Shown here: piece by piece, positions 30,465 to 40,172 of the stretch
How positions within the stretch are numbered: position 1 is the first letter of the stretch
How the letters are laid out: each line of letters begins with the position of its first letter
NCBI GenBank assembly: GCA_944389235.1
Contig: CALXLO010000005.1
Span: forward strand, 1-59,080
Length of the DNA stretch: 59,080 nt
Reading direction: 5' to 3'
Origin: an uncultured Alphaproteobacteria bacterium
GTDB taxonomy: Bacteria > Pseudomonadota > Alphaproteobacteria > Rs-D84
Notes under the pieces: generated by a model
The model's input: the letters and a program-made list of their open reading frames with translations, nothing else
Databases searched by the model: none
What the model was told of the DNA's origin: nothing
Translations under genes and position numbers: made by a program

Positions 30465-31340
30465 ATGTCATCTATACTTGTTTTCCCCGGCCAGGGTTCC
30501 CAGGCTGTCGGTATGGGGCGCGAATTATACGATAATAATCCAGACGCACGCGCCGTCTTTGCAGAGGTTGACGACGCATTAAATCAAAAATTATCAGATA
30601 TTATCTTTAACGGCCCAATGGACGAATTGACATTAACAACAAATGTTCAACCGGCAATTATGGCTGTATCTATTGCTATGCTGCGCGCATCGGGCGTACC
30701 GCTGACAGAATATGTCGCAGGGCATTCACTGGGTGAATATACGGCGTTATGTGCCGCCGGCGCGTTGTCTGTTGGTGATACAGCACGACTGCTGCGTCTG
30801 CGTGGGGATGCAATGCAACGCGCAGTGCCGGTGGGTGCAGGACTGACCGCAGTCATTTTGGGGCTGGATATTGATAAAGTACGCGAAATATGCGCCCAAA
30901 CAGATTGCGATGTCGCAAATGATAATTGCCCAGGGCAAGTCGTTGTATCGGGTGCGCGTGATATTGTCGAAAAAACACTGGAACTGGCGAAATCTGCGGG
31001 CGCAAAACGCGCAATGCCGTTGGCACTGTCTGTGCCGGTACATTGTCGGATTCAGGCACCTGCCGCAGATGAAATGCGTGCAGCACTGGAAAAAATAGAA
31101 ATAAAAACACCACGCGCAATCTTGATTTCAAATAAAACAGCGGCACCTATGTCAGACCCAACAGAAATAAAAGATGCGTTGGTATATCAAATTACACACG
31201 GCGTACGGTGGCGCGAATCAGTACTAAAAATGCACGAACTGGGGATAAACGAAACAATAGAAGTTGGACCAGGGGCAGTGCTGACAGGACTGACCAGCCG
31301 TATTTGTCCAGAATTAACCGCAAAGAAATTGGAGATATAA
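30465..31340 (+). CDS. fabD: Malonyl CoA-ACP transacylase
   Basis: FPGQGSQ, AGHSLGEY. Confidence 0.96.
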   Translation: MSSILVFPGQGSQAVGMGRELYDNNPDARAVFAEVDDALNQKLSDIIFNGPMDELTLTTNVQPAIMAVSIAMLRASGVPLTEYVAGHSLGEYTALCAAGALSVGDTARLLRLRGDAMQRAVPVGAGLTAVILGLDIDKVREICAQTDCDVANDNCPGQVVVSGARDIVEKTLELAKSAGAKRAMPLALSVPVHCRIQAPAADEMRAALEKIEIKTPRAILISNKTAAPMSDPTEIKDALVYQITHGVRWRESVLKMHELGINETIEVGPGAVLTGLTSRICPELTAKKLEI

Positions 31341-31341
31341 A

Positions 31342-32070
31342 ATGTTTGAATTAACAGGCAAAGTTGCTTTAATAACCGGCGCAACCGGTGGAATCGGTGG
31401 CGCAATCGCACACAGAATGAAAGAAGCCGGCGCAACAGTTGTTGTGTCTGGGCGCAATATAGATAAACTGAACGCACAATTTGATGATGGGTATATAAAA
31501 ATTCCTGTTGATTTGGCATCTGACGGCGGCGCAATTGATTTAGTTGCCTCAACCGTTGATACCGCTGGAAAAATAGACATCGTCGTTAACAACGCAGGTA
31601 TCACAAAAGATACCTTATTAATGCGTATGACAGATGACCAGTTTGACGATGTTATAAATACAAACCTGCGTTCGTGTTTCAAGATGTGTCGTGCGGTTAT
31701 TATGCCTATGATGAAAAATCGTTTTGGTCGGATTATAAACATGGCATCAATTATTGGTGCAATCGGCGGACCGGGTCAGGCAAATTATGCTGCATCCAAG
31801 GGGGGAATGATTGCCATGACAAAATCTATTGCCGCAGAAGTTGGCTCACGCGGGATTACCGCAAACTGTATCGCCCCAGGATTTATCAAAACACCAATGA
31901 CAGATGTTTTGTCTGATGAACTGAAAAAATCTTATTTGGCGCAAATCCCGGCGGGCCGCTTTGGCGAACCAGACGATATTGCCGCCGCATGTGTGTTCTT
32001 GGCATCTGATGCGGCATCGTATATAAATGGCCAGGTTTTACATGTAAATGGTGGCATGGGTCGATTTTAA
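31342..32070 (+). CDS. fabG: 3-oxoacyl-ACP reductase
   Basis: TGATGGIG, NNAGIT, GQANYAASK. Confidence 0.96.
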   Translation: MFELTGKVALITGATGGIGGAIAHRMKEAGATVVVSGRNIDKLNAQFDDGYIKIPVDLASDGGAIDLVASTVDTAGKIDIVVNNAGITKDTLLMRMTDDQFDDVINTNLRSCFKMCRAVIMPMMKNRFGRIINMASIIGAIGGPGQANYAASKGGMIAMTKSIAAEVGSRGITANCIAPGFIKTPMTDVLSDELKKSYLAQIPAGRFGEPDDIAAACVFLASDAASYINGQVLHVNGGMGRF

Positions 32071-32075
32071 GTAAA

Positions 32076-33725
32076 ATGACAAGTTATGATGTAATCATTA
32101 TCGGTGGTGGACATGCCGGGGTCGAAGCCGCCACCGCATCTGCCCGACGGGGTGCAAAAACATTGCTGATAACCCAAAACGAATATGATTTGGGCGCAAT
32201 GTCGTGCAACCCCAGTATCGGTGGACCAGGCAAATCCCAAATGGTCGCAGAAATTGACGCAATGGGCGGCATAATGGGACGCGCCGCCGATGCTGCGGGT
32301 ATTCAATTTCGTATGCTGAACGCATCACATGGCGCAGCAACCCAGGCATTGCGTGCACAAATTGACCGCGTGTTATATCATAATGAAATTGTAAAAATAC
32401 TGAAAAACTATCCTAATTTAACTGTGCAAATTGAAACTGTAAAATCGCTGGACATCGCGAAAATGTGTATCAACAGCGAATATACTGCACGGGCAATCGT
32501 ACTGACAACTGGCACATTTTTACATGGTCTGGTTACACGCGGAAATGAAAAAATATCATCTGGGCGTATTACTGATGACGGTCAATACCAAGCAGCAGAT
32601 ACAAATATATCAAACATTTTATCTGATTCTGGGTTTCGTATAATGCGTCTGAAAACAGGGACCCCCGCACGCATAGAACGCGCGTCTGTTGATTTTTCTG
32701 TATGTGAAATCCAGCCGGCCGACAACCCACACGATTGGTTTTCAGAACCAAATCCTGATAATAATTTCAGTGCAGTATGCTATATAACACACACCACCCA
32801 AAAAACACACGATATAATTCGCGAAAATATCGCATCCGCCCCAATGTATAACGGCGATATTCATGGCACAGGTCCGCGCTATTGTCCCAGTCTGGAAGAT
32901 AAAGTTATGCGATTTCCGGAACATAAATCGCACCATGTTTTCTTGGAACCCGAAGGACTGACCAGCAACCTGATTTACCCAAATGGAATTTCGACCAGTT
33001 TTGGTACAGATATCCAAGATAAATGGATTCGTACTATACCAGGACTGGAAAATGCGCACATTGTACGATATGGATATGCCATTGAATACGATGCGATTGA
33101 CGCACGCGCACTGCGTGATACACTGGCATCCAAAGATATTCCCGGTTTATTCTTTGCCGGTCAAATTAATGGCACATCAGGATATGAAGAAGCCGCCGCC
33201 CAAGGCATCGTCGCCGGCAGTAATGCTGCTGCATACGCATTGGGGTTGGCACCTTTATTGCTGGACCGAACAAACGCGATGATTGGTGTTATGATTGACG
33301 ATATAACCACAATCGGTGTTGATGAACCGTATCGCATGTTTACATCACGCGCAGAATATAGGTTAAATCTGCGGGCAGATAATGCAATTGTGCGATTGGG
33401 TGATATGGCAGTAAATCTGGGATTAATAGATTCAAAATCGCGCGATAAAAAATACACATATCGCGCTGATAAAATTGCCGAAAATGATAAAATTTATGCC
33501 GGATATATCCAGCGCAACGAACGCGAAATTGCGGCGTACCGGCGTGATGCAGAATTAAAAATTCCAGCACATTTTGAATACAAAAATTTACCGGGATTAA
33601 CCAACGAATTGGTTGAAAAATTAACCGCCACACGGCCAGAAAATATCGCAGACTTGTCGCGTATACCCGGCATGACCCCCGCCGGAATAATGGTTGTTAT
33701 GCGTAAAATAAAATGTGGTAATTAA
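32076..33725 (+). CDS. mnmG: tRNA U34 carboxymethylaminomethyl modification enzyme MnmG (compact)
   Basis: GGGHAGVEA, MSCNPSIGG, GPRYCPS, AGQINGTSGYEEA, YRMFTSRAEYR. Confidence 0.96.
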   Translation: MTSYDVIIIGGGHAGVEAATASARRGAKTLLITQNEYDLGAMSCNPSIGGPGKSQMVAEIDAMGGIMGRAADAAGIQFRMLNASHGAATQALRAQIDRVLYHNEIVKILKNYPNLTVQIETVKSLDIAKMCINSEYTARAIVLTTGTFLHGLVTRGNEKISSGRITDDGQYQAADTNISNILSDSGFRIMRLKTGTPARIERASVDFSVCEIQPADNPHDWFSEPNPDNNFSAVCYITHTTQKTHDIIRENIASAPMYNGDIHGTGPRYCPSLEDKVMRFPEHKSHHVFLEPEGLTSNLIYPNGISTSFGTDIQDKWIRTIPGLENAHIVRYGYAIEYDAIDARALRDTLASKDIPGLFFAGQINGTSGYEEAAAQGIVAGSNAAAYALGLAPLLLDRTNAMIGVMIDDITTIGVDEPYRMFTSRAEYRLNLRADNAIVRLGDMAVNLGLIDSKSRDKKYTYRADKIAENDKIYAGYIQRNEREIAAYRRDAELKIPAHFEYKNLPGLTNELVEKLTATRPENIADLSRIPGMTPAGIMVVMRKIKCGN

Positions 33726-33766
33726 AAATATTAAAAAAAGCCGGCTTTTGCCGGTCTTTTTTAATA

Positions 33767-34351
33767 TTAAAATCTGTATCCCAGACCGGTTGTCAAACCG
33801 AATCCAGATATGTCCATATCTGCGTCATATCCATATACATCGACACTGAATGATGCACCGGCATATTCCAGACCAACCTTGACATACATATTGTCATTAA
33901 ATGTGTACTTTACACCGGCACCAATGCCATAGCCAAAACCAATTTCATTATCAACATCTAATGAATCAATACTGATAAATCCGATACCAGCAGATAATGA
34001 AATATATGGTTGTAATTTAGTGTCCATAAACGGAATATCCAATTTTAATCCCAAATCAAAAATAGATGTGTCTTCTTGATCTGAATAAGATGGGGTAAAG
34101 GCCAGTTGAATCCCATCAAAATCAGCACCAACAGACAGCGATGTACCCGCATTGATTGATGTTGTATCAATGTCTGACAGTGTTTGACTGTCCAATTTTG
34201 TTTTTGTCCCGGCACTGGAAAATATCGATGCGCCATATTCCATAAAGAATCTGGTGTTATCAAATATATTGGTTGTGCTGGCTGGCGTTTCTGTGGCAAA
34301 GACACTTGCAGGCAATAATGCACATAGTGCAACAGGAATTATTTTTTTCAT
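33767..34351 (-). CDS. Small outer membrane beta-barrel protein
   Basis: Signal peptide, alternating beta strands, QPYI, C-terminal GLGYRF. Confidence 0.88.
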   Translation of the reverse strand: MKKIIPVALCALLPASVFATETPASTTNIFDNTRFFMEYGASIFSSAGTKTKLDSQTLSDIDTTSINAGTSLSVGADFDGIQLAFTPSYSDQEDTSIFDLGLKLDIPFMDTKLQPYISLSAGIGFISIDSLDVDNEIGFGYGIGAGVKYTFNDNMYVKVGLEYAGASFSVDVYGYDADMDISGFGLTTGLGYRF

Positions 34352-34366
34352 ATTTTTTCCTTTTAT

Positions 34367-34590
34367 AAAAAAAGTTAAACCGCCACAGTATTGGCGGTCG
34401 GGGAGTTGATAAATCATATCTGTTAGATGATTCCGCTGTCTTTGGTAAAACCTGTTGTATACCAGCTGCCCCCGACCCAATGTCGGGGATATAACGGTGC
34501 AAAAACACCATTACACCAGATAACGATGCTTTCGCACCGAACAGATATGGACTTATCACAGTCCGAACGCCACATTAATGTGGGTTCTGG
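34367..34590 (-). ncRNA. C4-like RNA module (a1/b1 leader, C4-like RNA ~34393-34477, terminator) in the OMP leader
   Basis: a1 TGATAA/a' TTATCA; b1 CATATCTGTT/b' AACAGATATG; P1 GGTCGGGGG/TCCCCGACC overlapping terminator ACCGCCA/TGGCGGT; promoter TTGTAT-17-CATAAT upstream. Confidence 0.65.
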
Positions 34591-34744
34591 GTTCATTATG
34601 CGGGAAAAAATCCACAAATACAAGTAGTTGTATATCTATATATTACATCTATACGCATATATAAGTTATATATCAACAAGATTGAAATCACATCAATTTA
34701 TTACTGGAAATCTGGGAAAACATATATTAATATAAAACGGCATT

Positions 34745-34820
34745 GCCGGTTTAGCTCAGCTGGTAGAGCATCTCATTCGTAATGAGGGGGTCGTAGGTTC
34801 AAGTCCTATAACCGGCACCA
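34745..34820 (+). tRNA. tRNA-Thr(CGT)
   Basis: GCCGGTT/AACCGGC acceptor, TTCGTAA loop, CCA. Confidence 0.96.
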
Positions 34821-34871
34821 AAAAAATGTAATAAAAAAAGCCGGCTTTTGCCGGTCTTTTTTTGATGTTTT

Positions 34872-35213
34872 TTACTTTGATTTTTGACCCATTTCGACCA
34901 TAATTTGTTCCAATATGTCCTGTAATTTTTTTGAATTTGGGTTTACAGAAAACAAAAATTCGCGTGCATCATTCGACAATTGGTCTATTTCTGAAAGCAT
35001 TATTTTTAATACATGATATGGATGCAGACTGGATTTATATTTTTTCATCGGAACACCGTATTTAGCAAATGTATATTGACATACATCTGTAAATTTTTTA
35101 TCCGATGGTACATAATAAACTGCGCGTTTACCCGTCCTATCTATCACAGCAGATACTTCCTTGCTTAAACGCGCCAATAATTCAGAATCCAGTTTTCTGG
35201 TCGCGTTTTTCAT
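34872..35213 (-). CDS. Hypothetical protein
   Basis: ~113-aa ORF ending at a bidirectional terminator; start uncertain. Confidence 0.6.
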   Translation of the reverse strand: MKNATRKLDSELLARLSKEVSAVIDRTGKRAVYYVPSDKKFTDVCQYTFAKYGVPMKKYKSSLHPYHVLKIMLSEIDQLSNDAREFLFSVNPNSKKLQDILEQIMVEMGQKSK

Positions 35214-35291
35214 GTCGTTTGTTTTTATACAACGCATATACAAAAGTATTTGTTGATTTTTGGCAAAATACCGTGTATAAATATCCCCGTA

Positions 35292-35372
35292 ATGAACACA
35301 GCAATAATTATTATAAAATAAACTGGCACTGCGCTTTGGCGGTGGCTGGGGCGCATAAGCGCCCGTTTTTTA
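35292..35372 (+). promoter_or_regulatory. ileS leader peptide MNTAIIIIK (35292-35321) and attenuator
   Basis: Four consecutive Ile codons; GGGCGC-ATAA-GCGCCC-GTTTTTT terminator; competing TGCGCTTTGGC/GCTGGGGCGCA stem. Confidence 0.8.
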
Positions 35373-35392
35373 TAATGGCAAGGAGTATAAAA

Positions 35393-38300
35393 ATGGCATA
35401 TCCAAAAACAGAACCCAAGGCAGACTTTCCCGCGCTGGAACATGAAATCTTGGCGTTCTGGCGCAAAGATGATACTTTTCACAAATCATTGAATCAAACT
35501 AAATTAGGACATCCGTTTTCGTTCTATGATGGGCCACCATTTGCAAACAACTTGCCACACTTGGGACATTTGGGTGTGTCTGCGGTCAAAGATATGGTCG
35601 GACGATATCAAACAATGCGCGGTCGGCATGTTGTGCGCGAACTGGGGTGGGATTGCCACGGTTTGCCCGCTGAAAATTCTGTTGAAAAACGCCAAGGTCG
35701 CCAAGCCAAAGACATTGTTGCAACAGATGGTATTGACGCATTCTGTGAAATGTGTCGGTCTGATGTTTTAACTTATTCTGGCGAATGGATGAAGTTCATA
35801 GAACGCATAGGTCGATGGGTCGATGGTGGTAATGAACATGGATATCGCACAATGGATAAAAATTACATGGAATCCGTTATGTGGGCCATCAAAGAACTGT
35901 ATAATCGCGGCTTGTTATACAAAGATTATCGTGTTAATCCATACGATTGGAAACTGGGGACTGTGTTATCTAATTCCGAAGCGTCGTCTGAATATATGGA
36001 TGTTATGGACGATGCAATCACTGTTTGGTTTGAATTGGAAACAGGTGAACGCGTGTTGGCATGGACAACAACCCCATGGACACTGCCTGCGAACAGTGCG
36101 CTGGCGGTAAATCCAAATATGAAATATCTGCGTATGCGCGACAAAGGCGGCGCAATATATATCATCGCAGAATCCAGATTATCTGCATACGCAAAACAAT
36201 TTGAAAATGCCGAAAAAGTCGGTGAAATAATGGGTACTGATTTGGTCGGAAAATCTTATACACCACTGTTTGATTACTATGCAAACACATCTGATTTGTT
36301 GTACCAAGTTATACCCGCAGATTATGTATCAGATGCAGACGGTACCGGAATTGTGCATATAGCCCCTGCATTCGGCGAAGACGATTTCTGGGCAGCAAAA
36401 AATATTGATGCAAATTTTCCTGTTATTTTGAATGTTGATGATTATGGAAATTTTGACGCAACTGTACGCGATTGGGTCGGTGAAAATATATTTACTGCAA
36501 ACCCAAAAATTATTCAATATCTGCGTGAAAATGGGCACTTGGTCAAAAAAGAGCAATACAAGCATTCATACCCGTTTGGTCCACGCAGCAAAGAAAAATT
36601 AATTTATCGTGCAACTGATTCTTGGTATATTGATGTGCCAAAATTGCGTGAAAAATTAATCGCAAATAATGAAAAAGTACATTGGACATCCGCAGGCGAA
36701 AGATTCCGCACATGGATTTCTGGGGCGCGACCATGGTCTATTTCGCGCAACCGTTTTTGGGGAACGCCTTTGCCAATTTGGCAACGCGATGGCGAATACA
36801 AAATATTCGGTTCCATTGCAGAAATAGAAGAATTTTTTGATACGAAAATTAATGACCTGCATCGACCAACATTGGACAAACTGACCAAAGACGGTTGGAC
36901 GCGCATACCTGATGTTCTGGATTGTTGGGTTGAATCAGGTTCTATGCCGTTTGCGTCGTTGCACTATCCGTTTGAAAACGCGGACAAGTTTAATGCGACT
37001 TTCCCAGCCGATTATATTATCGAAGGACAAGACCAAACACGCGGATGGTTTTATTCTTTGATGGTGCTGGCAACCGCACTGTTTGACAGCCCTGCATTCA
37101 AGACAGTTTCTGTTAACGGGATAGTAGTAGATGATAATAAAAAGAAATTATCAAAATCACTGGGGAATTATATAAATCCGTCTGAACAAATTGAAAAATA
37201 CGGCGCAGACGCAATTCGCCTGTTTATGCTGGGGTCTAATTTTATGAAAGCGGAACCCGTCAGTATTGATATGGCAGGTCGCGTATTTAACGACGCAATA
37301 AAAACTATTTTAACACCGCTGTGGAATGCGTATCATTTCTTTACATTGTATGCAAATGCTGGAAATATTACCGCGCACGACAATGTAAATTCTGATAACA
37401 CGCTGGATAAGTATATAATTGCGGAATTAAACGAATTAATTTCAGTCGTCAGATATGCACTGGATGAATATAAACCAGATATCGCAATCAAAGAATTTGT
37501 TAGATTCTTGGATATATTAAACAACTGGTACATCCGTCGCGGACGCGTCAGATTCTGGGACGAAGACCAAAGCGCATTTGATACATTGTATCATATACTG
37601 ATAAATTTATGTCGCGCATTGGCACCGTTTGCACCGTTTATATCTGATTATATTTATAAAAATCTGACCGGTGCAGACAGTGTACATCTGCAAAGTTTTC
37701 CTGATGCGACAACATACGACAAAAAAATTGTAGAAAACATGCGCCGTGTACAATCTGTGGTTTCCGTGGGAAAACAATTGCGTGAACAATATAAATTACG
37801 CAATCGGTTACCATTGGCAAAAATGACCGTCGCAGGTACAGATTTATCAGAATATACTGATATCATCAGTGATGAAATGAATGTTAAATCTGTGGAATTT
37901 ACAGACAAAATATCTGATGTAGCAGATGCGTTTATATATCTAATCACACCAAAAATTGGGGCGCGACTGGGGGGCGCATTGCGTGAAATTATACCAGCGG
38001 TAAAACGCGGTGAATATAAAATTGCAGACAATAAACTGGTCGTTGGCAAATATGAATTAAATGCCGATGAATATGAAAATCGTTTAACTGTGCGTGATGG
38101 CGTATCAGGCGCAGCATTGCCAGATAATACCGCCGTTGTTGTATTGGATACAGCAGTAAACACAGACCTGGTTGCCGAAGGGTTGGCAAATGATGCACTG
38201 CGTTTTATCCAAGATACACGCAAGACAATTGGTCTGGATGTTTCTGACCGTATCAATATGGTTTACTGTGCTGATGCAGAATTGTCAAACGCCATTGAAC

Positions 38301-38419
38301 AACATCGCAGCAGAATTATGCGCGACGCATTGATAAAAAATATGTCGCAATCTGATAATTGTATGTATAATACAGAAATAGAAGGTCATAAATTAGCAAT
38401 ATCTATTGATAAAGCATAA
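35393..38419 (+). CDS. ileS: Isoleucine--tRNA ligase (IleRS2 type)
   Basis: YDGPPFAN..HLGH, GWDCHGLP, WTTTPWTLP, ISRNRFWGTP, KLSKS; AAGGAG RBS before ATG35393. Confidence 0.96.
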   Translation: MAYPKTEPKADFPALEHEILAFWRKDDTFHKSLNQTKLGHPFSFYDGPPFANNLPHLGHLGVSAVKDMVGRYQTMRGRHVVRELGWDCHGLPAENSVEKRQGRQAKDIVATDGIDAFCEMCRSDVLTYSGEWMKFIERIGRWVDGGNEHGYRTMDKNYMESVMWAIKELYNRGLLYKDYRVNPYDWKLGTVLSNSEASSEYMDVMDDAITVWFELETGERVLAWTTTPWTLPANSALAVNPNMKYLRMRDKGGAIYIIAESRLSAYAKQFENAEKVGEIMGTDLVGKSYTPLFDYYANTSDLLYQVIPADYVSDADGTGIVHIAPAFGEDDFWAAKNIDANFPVILNVDDYGNFDATVRDWVGENIFTANPKIIQYLRENGHLVKKEQYKHSYPFGPRSKEKLIYRATDSWYIDVPKLREKLIANNEKVHWTSAGERFRTWISGARPWSISRNRFWGTPLPIWQRDGEYKIFGSIAEIEEFFDTKINDLHRPTLDKLTKDGWTRIPDVLDCWVESGSMPFASLHYPFENADKFNATFPADYIIEGQDQTRGWFYSLMVLATALFDSPAFKTVSVNGIVVDDNKKKLSKSLGNYINPSEQIEKYGADAIRLFMLGSNFMKAEPVSIDMAGRVFNDAIKTILTPLWNAYHFFTLYANAGNITAHDNVNSDNTLDKYIIAELNELISVVRYALDEYKPDIAIKEFVRFLDILNNWYIRRGRVRFWDEDQSAFDTLYHILINLCRALAPFAPFISDYIYKNLTGADSVHLQSFPDATTYDKKIVENMRRVQSVVSVGKQLREQYKLRNRLPLAKMTVAGTDLSEYTDIISDEMNVKSVEFTDKISDVADAFIYLITPKIGARLGGALREIIPAVKRGEYKIADNKLVVGKYELNADEYENRLTVRDGVSGAALPDNTAVVVLDTAVNTDLVAEGLANDALRFIQDTRKTIGLDVSDRINMVYCADAELSNAIEQHRSRIMRDALIKNMSQSDNCMYNTEIEGHKLAISIDKA

Positions 38420-38432
38420 AAAGGAGAAAATC

Positions 38433-38828
38433 ATGCACATACATAAATTTTGGCATTGGATATTAAATTTTATCGCAATATTGTTAATCTTTGCGGCGGG
38501 GTTCGTTATTGGATTGTGGGATAATGCCAACGCAAGCAAAATAACAATTACTTCGCAATGCACAGGTATCGGTGTTTCAAAAAGTTTTTCTTCTAATTAT
38601 GAAAGCATAAATGGTCGCGTTATCAAAGATGAACAAACAAAATCAGAAACATATACAACCCGCTGTTTGTGCTTTGCATCAGACAGAACACATAAAAATA
38701 TCTGGGTTGATTCGGTGGAAATTTCTGGCAAATCCGCAGATGATGTACGCACGCAATGTGATAACACATGTCAAACATTGTGCGAAGAACATTTGGCTGA
38801 ATTTAGTTTTGATAATTATACCAAATGA
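38433..38828 (+). CDS. Hypothetical membrane-anchored Cys-containing protein
   Basis: AAGGAG RBS, N-terminal TM helix, CxxxCxxxC. Confidence 0.7.
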   Translation: MHIHKFWHWILNFIAILLIFAAGFVIGLWDNANASKITITSQCTGIGVSKSFSSNYESINGRVIKDEQTKSETYTTRCLCFASDRTHKNIWVDSVEISGKSADDVRTQCDNTCQTLCEEHLAEFSFDNYTK

Positions 38829-39493
38829 AAAACGCCTTAACACCAGAAATTTATTTCAAACATGTTCCGACCGTTATAAATATGAATATTCGGTCGGAAT
38901 TATATTCCGTAAACGAATTTACATTTGCAGTTGCGGTTATTTTATCTGCCCAGGCAACAGATAAAAAAGTTAATGAAATAACCCCTGTGTTGTTTCAAAT
39001 TGCCCCATCACCGGCAAAAATGTTGGCTTTGGGTTTGGATGGGTTAAAACAACATATACGCGTTTTGTCTTTCTTTAATAACAAGGCAAAAAGTATAATC
39101 GGGTTATCAATGGCACTGATAAACGATGTCGGCGGCAATGATGATGATTATAAATTTCCACAAAAATATCACAATCGTGATGCACTGATGAAATTGCCGG
39201 GCGTTGGACAAAAAACCGCTAATGTTATAATGAATGTATTATGGAATGCACCAAATATCGGTGTTGATACACATGTTTTTCGAAACGCGCATCGCTATGG
39301 ATGGGTTGGACCAGATGTAAACACACCAGAAAAAACAGAAGAACAATTATTAAAAATAATTCCGAAAAAATATCATCCGATTGTAAATCATGTAATGGTA
39401 TTACATGGTCGTTATATTTGTCGCGCGCTGCGCCCAAAATGTGGTGAATGCCCAGTTGCAAAATGGTGCAACGCACCAGATAAAATAATATAA
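38825..39493 (+). CDS. nth: Endonuclease III
   Basis: LSAQATD, LPGVGQKTANV, VDTHVFR, C-x6-C-x2-C-x5-C. Confidence 0.96.
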   Translation: MKNALTPEIYFKHVPTVINMNIRSELYSVNEFTFAVAVILSAQATDKKVNEITPVLFQIAPSPAKMLALGLDGLKQHIRVLSFFNNKAKSIIGLSMALINDVGGNDDDYKFPQKYHNRDALMKLPGVGQKTANVIMNVLWNAPNIGVDTHVFRNAHRYGWVGPDVNTPEKTEEQLLKIIPKKYHPIVNHVMVLHGRYICRALRPKCGECPVAKWCNAPDKII

Positions 39494-39534
39494 AAAAAGT
39501 ATAAAAAACACCGGCAAATGCCGGTATTTTTTAT

Positions 39535-39618
39535 TCATAATGCAATCATGTATCCGCATGCCAATATTGCAATAACCATGACCACAAAAACTATTTTTTG
39601 TTTTGTTGAAAATTTCAT
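39535..39618 (-). CDS. 27-aa single-TM small protein (MKFSTKQKIVFVVMVIAILACGYMIAL)
   Basis: AGGGG RBS, fills the gap between the pilin-like gene and the terminator. Confidence 0.55.
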   Translation of the reverse strand: MKFSTKQKIVFVVMVIAILACGYMIAL

Positions 39619-39632
39619 CTTATTTTCCCCCT

Positions 39633-40034
39633 TTACCATCCGGTTGTTAAATTCGGACAACCAAAGTTTTCGCCATTGCTTAAAAATGTCAGTAATATAC
39701 CAATAGAGAATAACAACGCGACACCAATTATCATCGGAACACCAATTGCCTTTAACCCTTCGGCAACATTATCTTTACCGCCAATTTTACCGCTGGTTAT
39801 GGCTTCCCATCCATATTTAGCCAATATAAATCCGGCACCAACAAATGCCAAAGTACGCAATAATTTGAAAACATCTTGGAATCGTGCAATTAATTGGCAT
39901 AAACCAGCATTTGACGCAGGTGCCGCCATTGCCGGCGCAGCAATTAACACGATTGCCAATGCAATTAATGCCGAATCTAAACCACCGTTTGTAATGGCGG
40001 TTTTTATTTTTCCAAAAATCCCAGATTTCTGCAT
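39633..40034 (-). CDS. VirB2/TrbC-like pilin candidate
   Basis: Long signal region ending PAMA, then two hydrophobic helices separated by a short loop. Confidence 0.55.
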   Translation of the reverse strand: MQKSGIFGKIKTAITNGGLDSALIALAIVLIAAPAMAAPASNAGLCQLIARFQDVFKLLRTLAFVGAGFILAKYGWEAITSGKIGGKDNVAEGLKAIGVPMIIGVALLFSIGILLTFLSNGENFGCPNLTTGW

Positions 40035-40087
40035 TTTTTTTATCCCTTGTTTGTACCGAATCTAAACGGTGGTTTAGATTCGGCATT
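39967..40087. repeat. Perfect 24-bp inverted repeat around the pilin RBS/start
   Basis: AATGCCGAATCTAAACCACCGTTT (39967-39990) is the reverse complement of 40064-40087. Confidence 0.9.
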
Positions 40088-40172
40088 GTTTTTTATACTT
40101 TACACCCATATATTATGCCACTTTTCCGGGGATTTATCAAGAAAATAAAACCCCGCAATATGCGGGGATTTT

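Noticed and set aside
34367-34590. Cobalamin/TPP/other known riboswitch before the OMP
   Set aside because: No recognisable conserved cores (B12 box, CUGAGA etc.); pairing fits the C4-like layout better
35105-35392. 96-codon N-terminal extension of IleS; T-box element
   Set aside because: RBS and homology begin at ATG35393; no T-box consensus or stem I; region holds a leader peptide and overlaps the opposite-strand gene
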